NCBI GenBank assembly: GCA_963814375.1
Contig: CAWFCQ010000004.1
Location: forward strand, 224,001-288,000
Source of the DNA: an uncultured Chloroflexia bacterium
Lineage (GTDB): Bacteria > Chloroflexota > Limnocylindria > QHBO01
DNA: 64,000 nucleotides
Reading direction: 5' to 3'
Positions 47,812-57,043 of the stretch are shown here, in pieces; within the stretch, counting starts at the first letter, position 1, and every line of letters begins with the position of its first letter. Below the pieces are notes generated by a model that searched no databases, was not told the DNA's origin, and was given only the letters and a program-made list of their open reading frames with translations. The translations under genes and the position numbers were made by a program.

Positions 47812-48326
47812 CCGCGACCCCGCATGCGGCGCGCGAGCGCCGGATCTGGGACGAGCTGGCGCAGATTCCGGATCCCGAGATCCCGGCCATCAGCGTGGTG
47901 GACCTTGGCGTCATCGGCTCCGTCGCCGTGGACGGCCACCGGGTGCGTGTCCAGCTCCTTCCCACGTTCGTCGGCTGCCCGGCAATCGGCATCATGCAGA
48001 CGCAGATCACCGATCGGCTCAGCGCCCTCGAGCCGGCGACCGAGGTGGAAGTCGCCATCAGCTTCGACCCGCCGTGGACCAGCGATCGGATCTCGGTCCA
48101 GGGGCGCGAGCAGCTGCGCCGCAGCGGCTTCGCTCCGCCGGCGCCGATGCCGGCCGGACCGGCTCTCGGCCAGCTCGACGAGCTGGCGGTCCTGCCGATC
48201 GCCGAGTGCCCGTACTGCGGCTCGCGCAACACGACCCTCGACAACCCATTCGGGCCGACCCTGTGTCGGGCGATCTACCACTGCGCCGACTGCCGCCAGC
48301 CGTTCGAGCAGATGAAGCGCGTCTGA
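47805..48326 (+). CDS. paaD: Phenylacetyl-CoA epoxidase subunit D
   Basis: DPEIP, PTFVGCPA, CPYCGS and 'FGPTLCR..C..C..PFE' motifs. Confidence 0.92.
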   Translation: MVTATPHAARERRIWDELAQIPDPEIPAISVVDLGVIGSVAVDGHRVRVQLLPTFVGCPAIGIMQTQITDRLSALEPATEVEVAISFDPPWTSDRISVQGREQLRRSGFAPPAPMPAGPALGQLDELAVLPIAECPYCGSRNTTLDNPFGPTLCRAIYHCADCRQPFEQMKRV

Positions 48327-48334
48327 GCGCGCCT

Positions 48335-48350
48335 TGGCGTGCCGCTTGCA
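48335..48350 (+). promoter_or_regulatory. Candidate sigma54-type promoter (leaderless)
   Basis: TGGCGT-GCCGC-TTGCA; ATG at 48362. Confidence 0.6.
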
Positions 48351-48361
48351 TCGGGCGCGGC

Positions 48362-48595
48362 ATGATCGATCGTGACAAGCCACAAGGGCCAGGCCAGGGG
48401 CCGCTCGACCGCCCGGAGCGCGACGCCGGCGATCCCATCGGCGACGACGCGTATCCGGGCGGCCAGGTGCAGCCACCGACCGCCGACATGGACGACCCGA
48501 TCCCGGAGTCCGGCCTGCCCGGCGAGCCGGAGGCCGAGCCGAACCAGCTCGAGCGCGAGGAGGACGTCGGCCCCGAGCCCGACCAGCGGCCCTGA
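48362..48595 (+). CDS. Small acidic Pro-rich disordered protein
   Basis: 77-aa D/E/P-rich ORF filling the paaD-thrS gap. Confidence 0.65.
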   Translation: MIDRDKPQGPGQGPLDRPERDAGDPIGDDAYPGGQVQPPTADMDDPIPESGLPGEPEAEPNQLEREEDVGPEPDQRP

Positions 48596-48622
48596 CCCAC
48601 GCCATGCGCTACCCTTCGGCGC

Positions 48623-50434
48623 ATGGCCATCGACGCTGACGAGGTCGCCCAGGACGCGAGCGCCGCGCTGACTTCGGGGACCGAAGACCGCCTCGCCGCG
48701 ATGCGGCACAGCGCCGCCCACATGATGGCGGCCGCGGTGGTCGAGCTGTTCCCGGACGTGAAGCTGGGCATCGGTCCGGCCATCCGCGACGGCTTCTACT
48801 ACGACTTCGATCTGCCCCGCCCGCTGACACCCGACGATCTCGAGCAGATCGAGGGGAAGATGCGCGAGCAGCAGGCCGCGGACCTGGCCTTCGAGCATTC
48901 GCAGGACCTTCCGCGAGCCGAGGCGGTCGCGCTGCTCACCGAGCGCGGACAGCCCTTCAAGGTGGAGATCGTCAACGACCTGCCCGAGAGCGACGGGCCG
49001 ACCGTCAGCTTCTACCGCCACGGATCGTTCGAGGACCTGTGCCGCGGCGGCCATATCGGCTCGACCAGGGAGATGGGCGCCTTCAAGCTCCTGAGCACCG
49101 CCGGTGCCTACTGGCGTGGCGACGAGACGCGCCCGATGCTCCAGCGCATTTACGGCACCGCCTGGGACACTGCCGACGAGCTCGAGAAGCACCTGTGGCG
49201 CCTCGAGGAAGCGAAGAAGCGCGACCACCGCAAGCTCGGCCGGGAGCTCGACCTCTTCACCTTCCATCCCGAGTCGCCGGCTGCGCCCTTCCTCCACCCG
49301 CGCGGCATGGCCCTATGGCGAGCGCTCGAGGACTGGTCGCTGGAGGTGCGCCGCGACGCCGGCTTCCACGAGGTGCGCACGCCGAGCCTCGTACGCAAGG
49401 AGCTGTGGGAGACCTCCGGCCACTGGGGCAACTACCAGGACAACATGTTCGCCCTCGACGACCACGACCACATCAGCGGCCTCAAGCCGATGAACTGCCC
49501 GGAGGAGGTGCTGATCTACCGCACCCGGGCGCGGTCGTATCGAGAGCTGCCGATGCGGTTCGCCGACTACAGCGTCCTCTTCCGCAAGGAGCGCACGGGC
49601 GTCCTGGCCGGCATGTTCCGCGTCCGTCAACTGACCCAGGACGACTCCCACGTCTTCTGCCGCGAGGACCAAGTGGACGACGAGCTGCGGCTTGCGCTTT
49701 CGCTGGTGCGCAAGCAGTACGCGCCGTTCGGCTTCGAGCCGCGGGCCAAGCTGGCCACGCGGCCGGAGAAGCGGATCGGCTCCGACGAGTTCTGGGAGCG
49801 TGCGGAGCAGCAGCTGCGCGATCGGCTCACCGAGGACGGGATGGCCTTCGAGCTCGACCCCGGCGGCGGCGCGTTCTATGCGCCCAAGATCGACATCTTC
49901 ATCGACGACGCGCTCGGCCGGGAGTGGCAGATGGCCACGATCCAGGCCGACTACCAGCTGCCACAGCGATTCGACCTCGAGTACCGCGCCGCCGATGGCG
50001 GCTTCGAGCGGCCAGTGATCATCCATTACGCGATCTACGGCAGCTTCGAGCGCTTCATCGGCATCATCACCGAGGACTACGCGGGAGCCTTCCCGCTGTG
50101 GCTGGCGCCCGTCCAGGCGATGATCGTGCCGATCGCCGACCGTCACCTCGAATATGCAGAGTCGGTCCGCGCCGCGCTTGCCGATGCCGGCCTGCGGGCC
50201 GAGGTCGACTCCCGATCGGAGCGGATGCAGGCGAAGCTGCGCGAGGCGCAGGAGCAGAAGATCCCGGTCATGGTCGTGGTCGGCGACCGGGATGCCGAGG
50301 CCGGCGCCGTCTCGCCGCGACTCCGGACCGGTGAGTCGTCGCAGGGCGTTGCCCTCGACACCTTCGTCGCCGATCTCGTGGCGCGCAACGCGTCGCGCGA
50401 ACTGTGGCCCGTGCCCGCCGATACCGAGGCGTGA
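48623..50434 (+). CDS. thrS: Threonine--tRNA ligase
   Basis: RHSAAH, DLCRG, RDHRKLG, KPMNCP and FYAPKID motifs. Confidence 0.97.
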   Translation: MAIDADEVAQDASAALTSGTEDRLAAMRHSAAHMMAAAVVELFPDVKLGIGPAIRDGFYYDFDLPRPLTPDDLEQIEGKMREQQAADLAFEHSQDLPRAEAVALLTERGQPFKVEIVNDLPESDGPTVSFYRHGSFEDLCRGGHIGSTREMGAFKLLSTAGAYWRGDETRPMLQRIYGTAWDTADELEKHLWRLEEAKKRDHRKLGRELDLFTFHPESPAAPFLHPRGMALWRALEDWSLEVRRDAGFHEVRTPSLVRKELWETSGHWGNYQDNMFALDDHDHISGLKPMNCPEEVLIYRTRARSYRELPMRFADYSVLFRKERTGVLAGMFRVRQLTQDDSHVFCREDQVDDELRLALSLVRKQYAPFGFEPRAKLATRPEKRIGSDEFWERAEQQLRDRLTEDGMAFELDPGGGAFYAPKIDIFIDDALGREWQMATIQADYQLPQRFDLEYRAADGGFERPVIIHYAIYGSFERFIGIITEDYAGAFPLWLAPVQAMIVPIADRHLEYAESVRAALADAGLRAEVDSRSERMQAKLREAQEQKIPVMVVVGDRDAEAGAVSPRLRTGESSQGVALDTFVADLVARNASRELWPVPADTEA

Positions 50435-50456
50435 TCGGGGCCGACGCTTGAGGAAG

Positions 50457-50813
50457 ATGCGTGGCGTCGGCCAGCTGGCGCTTCTCTCGACCGACCCGCC
50501 ACGCGTCGCGGGGTTCTATGAGTCGGCGTTCGGGTTCCGGCGCCTCGCCGATGAGGACGGTGGGGTGGACCTCGAGCTCGGTGGCTTCGAGCTGAGCTTT
50601 CGACGAGGTGCGAGCGCCACGCGCGACGGGATCCAGATCGGCTTCAAGGTCGATACCGCCGCGGAGGTGGACGCCTGGGCGCAGGAGCTCGGCCGGCGTG
50701 GTTTCGCGCTGGCCGCACCGCCGTCGGGCGACCGCTGGGAGGGCTCGCGTTCGTTCCGCGTGGCCGATCCGGACGGTCGCCAGGTGGCGGTCTTCTACGA
50801 CTATCCGCGGTGA
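50457..50813 (+). CDS. VOC/glyoxalase family protein
   Basis: 'FYESAFG', 'F.V.DPDG'. Confidence 0.8.
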   Translation: MRGVGQLALLSTDPPRVAGFYESAFGFRRLADEDGGVDLELGGFELSFRRGASATRDGIQIGFKVDTAAEVDAWAQELGRRGFALAAPPSGDRWEGSRSFRVADPDGRQVAVFYDYPR

Positions 50814-50823
50814 CGCTCGTGCG

Positions 50824-50916
50824 TTGACCGTGTACCCGGTTGCGGGTATCATCGCCGGGCAATTCGCGTACGTTTGCAGGGCCACCCGTCCGTGATCGGC
50901 CAGGTGGCCTTGTTGT
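50824..50916 (+). promoter_or_regulatory. infC operon promoter and leader hairpin
   Basis: TTGACC-N17-TATCAT; AGGGCCACC...GGTGGCCTT followed by GTTGTT. Confidence 0.7.
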
Positions 50917-50932
50917 TGAAGGAGAGCAGGAG

Positions 50933-51568
50933 CTGGCAAGGGACCTCCGCATCAATGACTTGATCCGCATCCGTGAGGTCCGGGTCATCGATGATAAAGG
51001 TGAGCAGCTCGGCGTCATGGAGACTGCCCAGGCACTCGCCCTCGCTCAGGAGAAGGGGCTCGACCTCGTGGAGGTGGCGCCCACGGCCGTCCCGCCGGTC
51101 TGCCGAATCCTCGATTACGGTCAGTACAAGTACGAGCTGCAGAAGCGCGAGCGCGAACAGAAGAAGAAGCAGAAGTCGCAGTCCTTCAAGGAGGTACGTC
51201 TGGGCGTCAAGGTCGACGTCCACGATCTCCAGGTGAAGGCGCGACGCGCGGGGCAGTTCCTGGACCACGGGGATCGCGTGAAGGTCACCGTCCGCTTCCG
51301 CGGGCGCGAGATCAGCCACGCCAACCTGGGTCGTGACCTGCTCATGCGGACCGCCGAGCTCCTCGCGGAGCACGGCACCATCGAGCGCCAGCCGCTGCTC
51401 GAGGGACGCAGCATGTTCATCGTGATGGCCCCGCTCGAGAAGCGGGCCGAGAAGAAGACCGATGCCAACGGTGACGAGCCGGTGGCGGAGACCATCGGCG
51501 ACGCGATCGCCGCCAAGGCGCAGGCGCCCGAGGCGACGACCGAGGCGCCCGCACAGCAGGGACCGTAG
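50933..51568 (+). CDS. infC: Translation initiation factor IF-3 (probable CTG start)
   Basis: 'RIND.IR..EVRVI', 'DLVEVAP..PPVCRILDYG', 'FRGRE'; AAGGAGAG upstream of CTG. Confidence 0.95.
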   Translation: MARDLRINDLIRIREVRVIDDKGEQLGVMETAQALALAQEKGLDLVEVAPTAVPPVCRILDYGQYKYELQKREREQKKKQKSQSFKEVRLGVKVDVHDLQVKARRAGQFLDHGDRVKVTVRFRGREISHANLGRDLLMRTAELLAEHGTIERQPLLEGRSMFIVMAPLEKRAEKKTDANGDEPVAETIGDAIAAKAQAPEATTEAPAQQGP

Positions 51569-51576
51569 AACCAGCC

Positions 51577-51786
51577 ATGCCGAAGATGAAGACCCACAAG
51601 GGCACGGCCAAGCGCTACAGGAAGACCGGCTCCGGGAAGTGGATCCGGCCCAAGGCCTGGCGCGGCCATCACCTCGAGATCAAGTCGAGCCGCCGCACGC
51701 GGCGCTACGCCGGCATGGCCGCCGTGTCGAGCACGCACACCGATGCGCTCGAGCGCCTCATGCCGTACGCCGGCAAGGGGAAGTAG
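51577..51786 (+). CDS. rpmI: 50S ribosomal protein L35
   Basis: MPKMKTHKG..KR; synteny. Confidence 0.96.
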   Translation: MPKMKTHKGTAKRYRKTGSGKWIRPKAWRGHHLEIKSSRRTRRYAGMAAVSSTHTDALERLMPYAGKGK

Positions 51787-51789
51787 CCG

Positions 51790-52149
51790 ATGGCACGCGT
51801 CAAGCGCGGCGTCACCGCCCGCCGTCGCCACAAGCGGCTCCTCAACCGCGCCGAAGGCCGTCGCGGAACACGCTCAACGCTGGTGCGTCCGGCGCGCGAA
51901 GCGCTGATCCACGCCCTCGTCTACGCGTATCGCGACCGGCGCGACCGCAAGCGCGACATGCGCCGCCTCTGGATCGAGCGCATCAACGCCGCCTCGCGCC
52001 AGCACGGGGTCCCGTACGGCCGGTTCATCGCCGGCCTGAAGCGCGCCGGCGTCGAGGTCGATCGCAAGATCCTCGCCGACATGGCGGTGCGCGAGCCGGC
52101 CGCCTTCGCGGCGATGGTCGACACCTCCAAGGCTTCCTTTACCAGCTGA
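51790..52149 (+). CDS. rplT: 50S ribosomal protein L20
   Basis: [29 protein letters not shown]. Confidence 0.97.
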   Translation: MARVKRGVTARRRHKRLLNRAEGRRGTRSTLVRPAREALIHALVYAYRDRRDRKRDMRRLWIERINAASRQHGVPYGRFIAGLKRAGVEVDRKILADMAVREPAAFAAMVDTSKASFTS

Positions 52150-52173
52150 CCGGCGGCTGACGCCGGTCCCTCA

Positions 52174-52211
52174 CGGCCCCTCCCGGAATCCGGGACGGGG
52201 TCGTTCGTTTT
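52174..52211 (+). terminator. Intrinsic terminator after rplT
   Basis: CGGCCCC-TCCCGGA/TCCGGGA-GGGGTCG stem followed by TTCGTTTT. Confidence 0.7.
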
Positions 52212-52248
52212 CCCCGATGATTGAGCCTGAGCCAATGACGACATCCGG

Positions 52249-53331
52249 ATGAGCGACCTTCGAAGCGAGCTCGAAGCGCTGCGCGCGAGCGCGCGGGAGC
52301 GCCTCGCCGCTGCGACCGACGCGTCCGCTGTCGACGAGCTCCGCCATGCGCTCCTGGGCCGATCCGGAGAGCTGACCCGCCTGCTGAAGGGCCTCGGCAG
52401 CGTGTCGTCGGAGGAGCGCCCGGCGCTCGGGCAGCTCGCGAACACGGTGCGCGCGGAGGTGGAGGCTGCCATCGGAGCGCGGCTCGACGCCCTTCGAAGT
52501 ACGGCGCTCGATGCGCAGCTGGCGGACGAGGCGATCGACATGAGCGCCCCCGGCCGGCCGCGTCGGGTCGGGCACCTCCACCCTGTGCTGACGCTCATGC
52601 GCGACCTGCGCGAGGTCTTCCATGCCTACGGCTTCGAGGTCTTCGAGGGTCCCGAGGTCGAGACCGAGGAGTACAACTTCGAGCTTCTCAACATTCCGCC
52701 GGACCACCCGGCCCGCGACCTGTGGGACACCCTCTACGTCGCCGAGCCGGGAAGCGTCGAGGCGGGGGAGTCACGTCCGGCCAGCGACGGCACGATCCTG
52801 CGGACCCACACCTCGCCGGCCCAGATCCGAGCGATGCGCGCCCTCGATCCGCCGATCCGGGTCCTCACCCCTGGTCGCTGCTTCCGCTACGAGGCAGTCA
52901 GTGCCAGCAACGCCTTCGAGTTCCACCAGGTCGAGGGACTGGTGATCGACCGCGACACGAGCCTTGCCGATCTCAAGGGCCTGCTCGAGGAAGTGGCCCG
53001 CGCGCTCTACGGCCGCGACGTGCGCACCCGATTCAGGCCCGGCTACTACCCGTTCACCGAGCCGAGCGTCGCCTTCGACATCGGCTGCCTCGTCTGCGGC
53101 GGTGAGGGCTGCCCGGCCTGCAAGCGCAGTGGCTGGATGACGATCCTCGGCGCCGGGATGGTGCATCCGGCTGTCATTCGGGCCGGTGGCTTCGACCCGG
53201 ACGAGTTCCAGGGCTACGCGTTCGGGATGGGCCCGGATCGCATGACGATGCTGCGCCACGGCATCGGTGATATCCGGCTCCTGTTCAGCGCCGACCTGCG
53301 CTTCGTCACCCAGTTCGCCGAGGGCCGGTAG
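52249..53331 (+). CDS. pheS: Phenylalanine--tRNA ligase alpha subunit
   Basis: HPARD, LRTHTSP, FHQVEG and YPFTEPS motifs. Confidence 0.97.
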   Translation: MSDLRSELEALRASARERLAAATDASAVDELRHALLGRSGELTRLLKGLGSVSSEERPALGQLANTVRAEVEAAIGARLDALRSTALDAQLADEAIDMSAPGRPRRVGHLHPVLTLMRDLREVFHAYGFEVFEGPEVETEEYNFELLNIPPDHPARDLWDTLYVAEPGSVEAGESRPASDGTILRTHTSPAQIRAMRALDPPIRVLTPGRCFRYEAVSASNAFEFHQVEGLVIDRDTSLADLKGLLEEVARALYGRDVRTRFRPGYYPFTEPSVAFDIGCLVCGGEGCPACKRSGWMTILGAGMVHPAVIRAGGFDPDEFQGYAFGMGPDRMTMLRHGIGDIRLLFSADLRFVTQFAEGR

Positions 53332-53332
53332 C

Positions 53333-55777
53333 GTGCGCGTCCCGCTCTCGTGGCTCCGCGACTACGTCGAGGTCGAGATGTCGCCGCGCGAGCTCGCCGA
53401 TGAGCTGACCATGCGCGGGATGGAGGTCAGCGCGATCGAGCTGGCCGGCGGCGATTGGACCGACGTGGTCGTCGGGCGGCTGCTCGAGGTGACCCGCCAC
53501 CCGAATGCCGACACCCTGTGGCTGACGCGCGTCGACGTCGGACCCGCCGGCGGTGAGCTCGCCATCGTGTGCGGTGCTCAGAACCTGGAGGTCGGCCAGC
53601 TCGTGCCGACGGCGCTGGTCGGGGCCGTGCTGCCCGGCGACCGGCGCATCGAGCGCAGCAAGATCCGCGGCGAGGTGAGCCACGGCATGCTGTGCAGCGC
53701 GATCGAGCTCGGGCTGGGCGATGACGCCGACGGCATCCACATCCTCGGCCACGGCGACGATCTGCCGATCGGCCAGCCGGTCGCCGAGGTGGTCGGCGAC
53801 GTCGTGCTCGACGTCGACGTCAAGCCGAACCGCGGCGACGCCCTCAGCATGGTCGGGCTGGCGCGCGAGATCGCCGCCTTCAGCGGAGGAGAGCTGCGTC
53901 TGCCCGACATCGGCGTGGGCGAATCGGAGGAGGCGACCGACGCGCACGTCAGGGTGCGCATCGAGGAGCCGGAGCTCAACCCGCGCTTTGCCGCACGCTG
54001 GTTCGACGCGGTCAGCAACGGCCCGTCTCCGGAGTGGATGCAGCGCCGGCTGACGGCCGCCGGGATGCGGCCGATCAGCGCGATCGTCGACGTCACCAAC
54101 TACGTGATGCACGAGCTCGGGCAGCCGATGCACGCCTACGACGCCGATGCGGTCCCGGGCGGTGAGATCGTCGTGCGCCGAGGCCGCCCGGGCGAGCGGC
54201 TGACGACGATCGACCACGTCGAGCGCGAGCTCGACGACCGGATGCTGGTCATCGCCGACCGCGATCACGCGATCGGCCTGGCCGGGATCATGGGCGGGGC
54301 GTCGACCGAGGTGACCGAGGCCACCACGCAGGTGATTCTCGAGTCCGCGATCTTCCACGGACCCACGATTCGGAACACGTCCCGCCGGCTCGGGCTGCGC
54401 TCGGAGGCGAGCATGCGCCACGAGAAGGGCATCGGGGCCGATCTGCCCCGGATGGCGGCGGACCGCGCGGCCCGCCTCATCGCCGAGATCACCGGCGCCC
54501 GTGTCGGGCGCGGGATCGTCGACAACGATCCGGAGCCGAAGGAGCGCCGCCGCGTGGCGGTGGAGGTCCCGCGCATGGAGCGGCTGCTCGGCATCGGGCT
54601 CGATGCGGCGCGCGTGCGAACCCTCCTCGAGCCCCTCGAGTTCAGCGTCACCGGAGACGGGGCAAGCCTGGACGTGCTCGTTCCCGGTCACCGGCTCGAC
54701 GTGACGGAGGCGGCCGACGTGGCGGAGGAGGTCGCCCGCGCCCACGGATACGAGCGAATCGAGGGGCGCCTGCCATCAGCCGACCTGCCGCCTTATCGCC
54801 TCGACCCGAGCGAGCCACGCCACCAGGTGCGGCGCATCCTGGCCGGCATCGGCCTCGACGAGGTCGTGAGCCACGCCCTGATCGGCCCGACCGACCTCGA
54901 GCGCGTGGGCCGCGACCCGGACGATCCGACGCTGATCCGGATCCACAACCCGCTCAGCCCGGCACACGCGATCCTGCGGCCAAGCCTCACGCCGTCGCTC
55001 CTGGGGGGTCTGGCCGAGAACGCGCGGCAGCGGCGGCCGGACGCCTGGATCTTCGAGGTGGGCAAGGTGTACGTCCATCACCCCGACGGCCCATCACCTC
55101 GCGACCGGCGCTCCGAAACGGCGGGCACCGGGCGCTACGAGTCGTGGGAGCTCGGCATCGCGCTGACCGGCAACGCCGTTCCGCCGACGCCGGACGCTCC
55201 GGGCGATGCCGCCAGCGTGGCCCAGCTGAAGGGCGTCGTGGACGCACTGCACGACGCCCTCGGTGTGCCTCGGCCGTCCTACCGCGCGGAGGAGCCGGCC
55301 ACGGCCCACCGGCACCGGCATCCGGGCCGCACCGGCCTGCTGACGGACCACGGCGGACGTACCTACGGCTCTCTCGGCGAGGTGCACCCGCGCGTCGTCG
55401 AGGCATGGGGTCTGGCTGGTCGCCCGGTGGACGCGTCGATCGACCTCGGCTGGCTTCTCGGCCTCGTTCCGGAGGAGCGGCGCTCCGAACCGGTGCCCGG
55501 CGCGCAGCCGGTGGACCGCGACCTGGCGGTGGTGGTCGACGAGAGCACGCCGCTCGGCGAGGTGCTGAGGATCGCCCGGATGAGTGCCGGTCCCCTCGTG
55601 ACCGAGGTTCGCCTCTTCGACACCTACCGGGGCGAGCAGATCGGTCCTGGACGAGTCAGCCATGCCATCTCGTTCCGATTCCAGCCCGTCGAGGCGGGTG
55701 ACGAGAAGGCGGTCGAGAAGGCGCTGAACCGGATCCGCGGCTCGCTCAAGCATCATCTCGGGGCGGAGATCCGCTAG
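53333..55777 (+). CDS. pheT: Phenylalanine--tRNA ligase beta subunit
   Basis: SWLRDYV, HPNAD, CGAQN, PNRGD and EEVAR motifs. Confidence 0.97.
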   Translation: MRVPLSWLRDYVEVEMSPRELADELTMRGMEVSAIELAGGDWTDVVVGRLLEVTRHPNADTLWLTRVDVGPAGGELAIVCGAQNLEVGQLVPTALVGAVLPGDRRIERSKIRGEVSHGMLCSAIELGLGDDADGIHILGHGDDLPIGQPVAEVVGDVVLDVDVKPNRGDALSMVGLAREIAAFSGGELRLPDIGVGESEEATDAHVRVRIEEPELNPRFAARWFDAVSNGPSPEWMQRRLTAAGMRPISAIVDVTNYVMHELGQPMHAYDADAVPGGEIVVRRGRPGERLTTIDHVERELDDRMLVIADRDHAIGLAGIMGGASTEVTEATTQVILESAIFHGPTIRNTSRRLGLRSEASMRHEKGIGADLPRMAADRAARLIAEITGARVGRGIVDNDPEPKERRRVAVEVPRMERLLGIGLDAARVRTLLEPLEFSVTGDGASLDVLVPGHRLDVTEAADVAEEVARAHGYERIEGRLPSADLPPYRLDPSEPRHQVRRILAGIGLDEVVSHALIGPTDLERVGRDPDDPTLIRIHNPLSPAHAILRPSLTPSLLGGLAENARQRRPDAWIFEVGKVYVHHPDGPSPRDRRSETAGTGRYESWELGIALTGNAVPPTPDAPGDAASVAQLKGVVDALHDALGVPRPSYRAEEPATAHRHRHPGRTGLLTDHGGRTYGSLGEVHPRVVEAWGLAGRPVDASIDLGWLLGLVPEERRSEPVPGAQPVDRDLAVVVDESTPLGEVLRIARMSAGPLVTEVRLFDTYRGEQIGPGRVSHAISFRFQPVEAGDEKAVEKALNRIRGSLKHHLGAEIR

Positions 55778-55882
55778 CCCATTCGTTCGTATTGCGCCGT
55801 TGCCGGCGGCTGGTACCCTTGCCGCCGCCCAAGCGCGGACGCGCGGCCGGCCCAGGTGATTCATCGAGGAGGTTGACGAGGC

Positions 55883-56434
55883 GTGGAGCTGCTCTCTCAG
55901 CTGAGCTGGGTTGACCTGGCGATCATCGCGGCGCTGGCGGGAGGCGTCTTTGCCGGCTTCACGCAGGGCATGATCCGCTACGTCCTGAACGCCATCGCCG
56001 TGATCGTGGCGTTCATCCTCGCCTCGCAGCTCACGGAGCCGCTCCTCGACCTGCTCAGCTTCTGGGACGCCTTCACCCCCGAAGGCCGCGAGCTGCTGGT
56101 CTTCTGGCTGCTCTTCTTCGGCTTCGTGATCGCCGGCTTTTTCGTGATCCGCGCCGTCTACCACCGCACCCGCCTGCCGATCGTGAAGCAGCTCGACGAG
56201 CTGGGCGGCGCGATCTTCGGCCTCATCTTCGTCGGCCTGATCATCTGCCTCCAGATCGTGGTGCTCGACAGCTTCTTCCTCACCGGCGGCGAGACCGGTG
56301 GCTGGGTGGCGGCCTACTACGACGCGCTCAACGACTCCCTGATCGTGACCTTCCTCCGCGAGTCGGTGATTCCGACCATTGGCGTCATCATCAGCCCATT
56401 CGTGCCGGAAGAGATCGCCAGCCTCTTCTCATGA
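55883..56434 (+). CDS. cvpA: CvpA family membrane protein
   Basis: 'VDLAII..GF.QG', 'DELGGAIFG'; pheT-cvpA-mutS2 synteny. Confidence 0.8.
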   Translation: MELLSQLSWVDLAIIAALAGGVFAGFTQGMIRYVLNAIAVIVAFILASQLTEPLLDLLSFWDAFTPEGRELLVFWLLFFGFVIAGFFVIRAVYHRTRLPIVKQLDELGGAIFGLIFVGLIICLQIVVLDSFFLTGGETGGWVAAYYDALNDSLIVTFLRESVIPTIGVIISPFVPEEIASLFS

Positions 56435-57043
56435 CCGCGCCGGCGGCTCCTCGGTCGACGGAACATCCCCGCACGTGGTTCGACCGGCCCCGCCGAGCGC
56501 CTCGCTCGCGACCTGCTCGGTTGCCGTCTTGTCCATGACTCGATGGAGGGGGCGGTCGGCGGCCGCATCGTGGAGGTCGAGGCCTATCGTGGGCCGGAGG
56601 ACCTCGCCGCCCACTCGGCCCGCGGCCGCACGGCGCGCAACGCGGTGATGTTCGGGCCGCCAGGGCACCTGTACGTTTACCTGATCTACGGGCTGCACCA
56701 TTGCCTCAACGTCGTTGCCGGTCCCGACACGAAGCCGGAGGCCGTCCTCATCCGTGCGCTGGCACTGGACGAAGGCCTCGACCTGGCGCGGCGTCGTCGT
56801 GGCGTCGCCGTGCCGGACCGGCGCCTGGCGTCGGGGCCGGGCAACGTCGGCCGCGCGCTCGGCGTCGATCGAACGCTGAACGGGATCGACCTGCTGGACG
56901 GCCCGGTACGCGTCGAGCCACGAGACGCCGCCGCTCCGCGGGTGAGCCGCGGGCCGCGCATCGGCGTCGCCTACGCCGGTCCCTGGGCCCGGCGTCCGCT
57001 TCGCTTCTGGGTGACCGATGACCCCCACATCTCGCGCCGCTGA
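56431..57043 (+). CDS. mpg: DNA-3-methyladenine glycosylase (apparent +1 frameshift in CCCC 56488-56491)
   Basis: 'FDRP|AERLARDLLG', 'GRIVEVEAY', 'YVYLIYG.H.CLN', 'RIGV'. Confidence 0.88.

Noticed and set aside
52150-52248. T-box riboswitch before pheS (also checked thrS and tyrS)
   Set aside because: No TGGNACCGCG T-box motif was seen and there is too little room for stem I. thrS and tyrS look leaderless.
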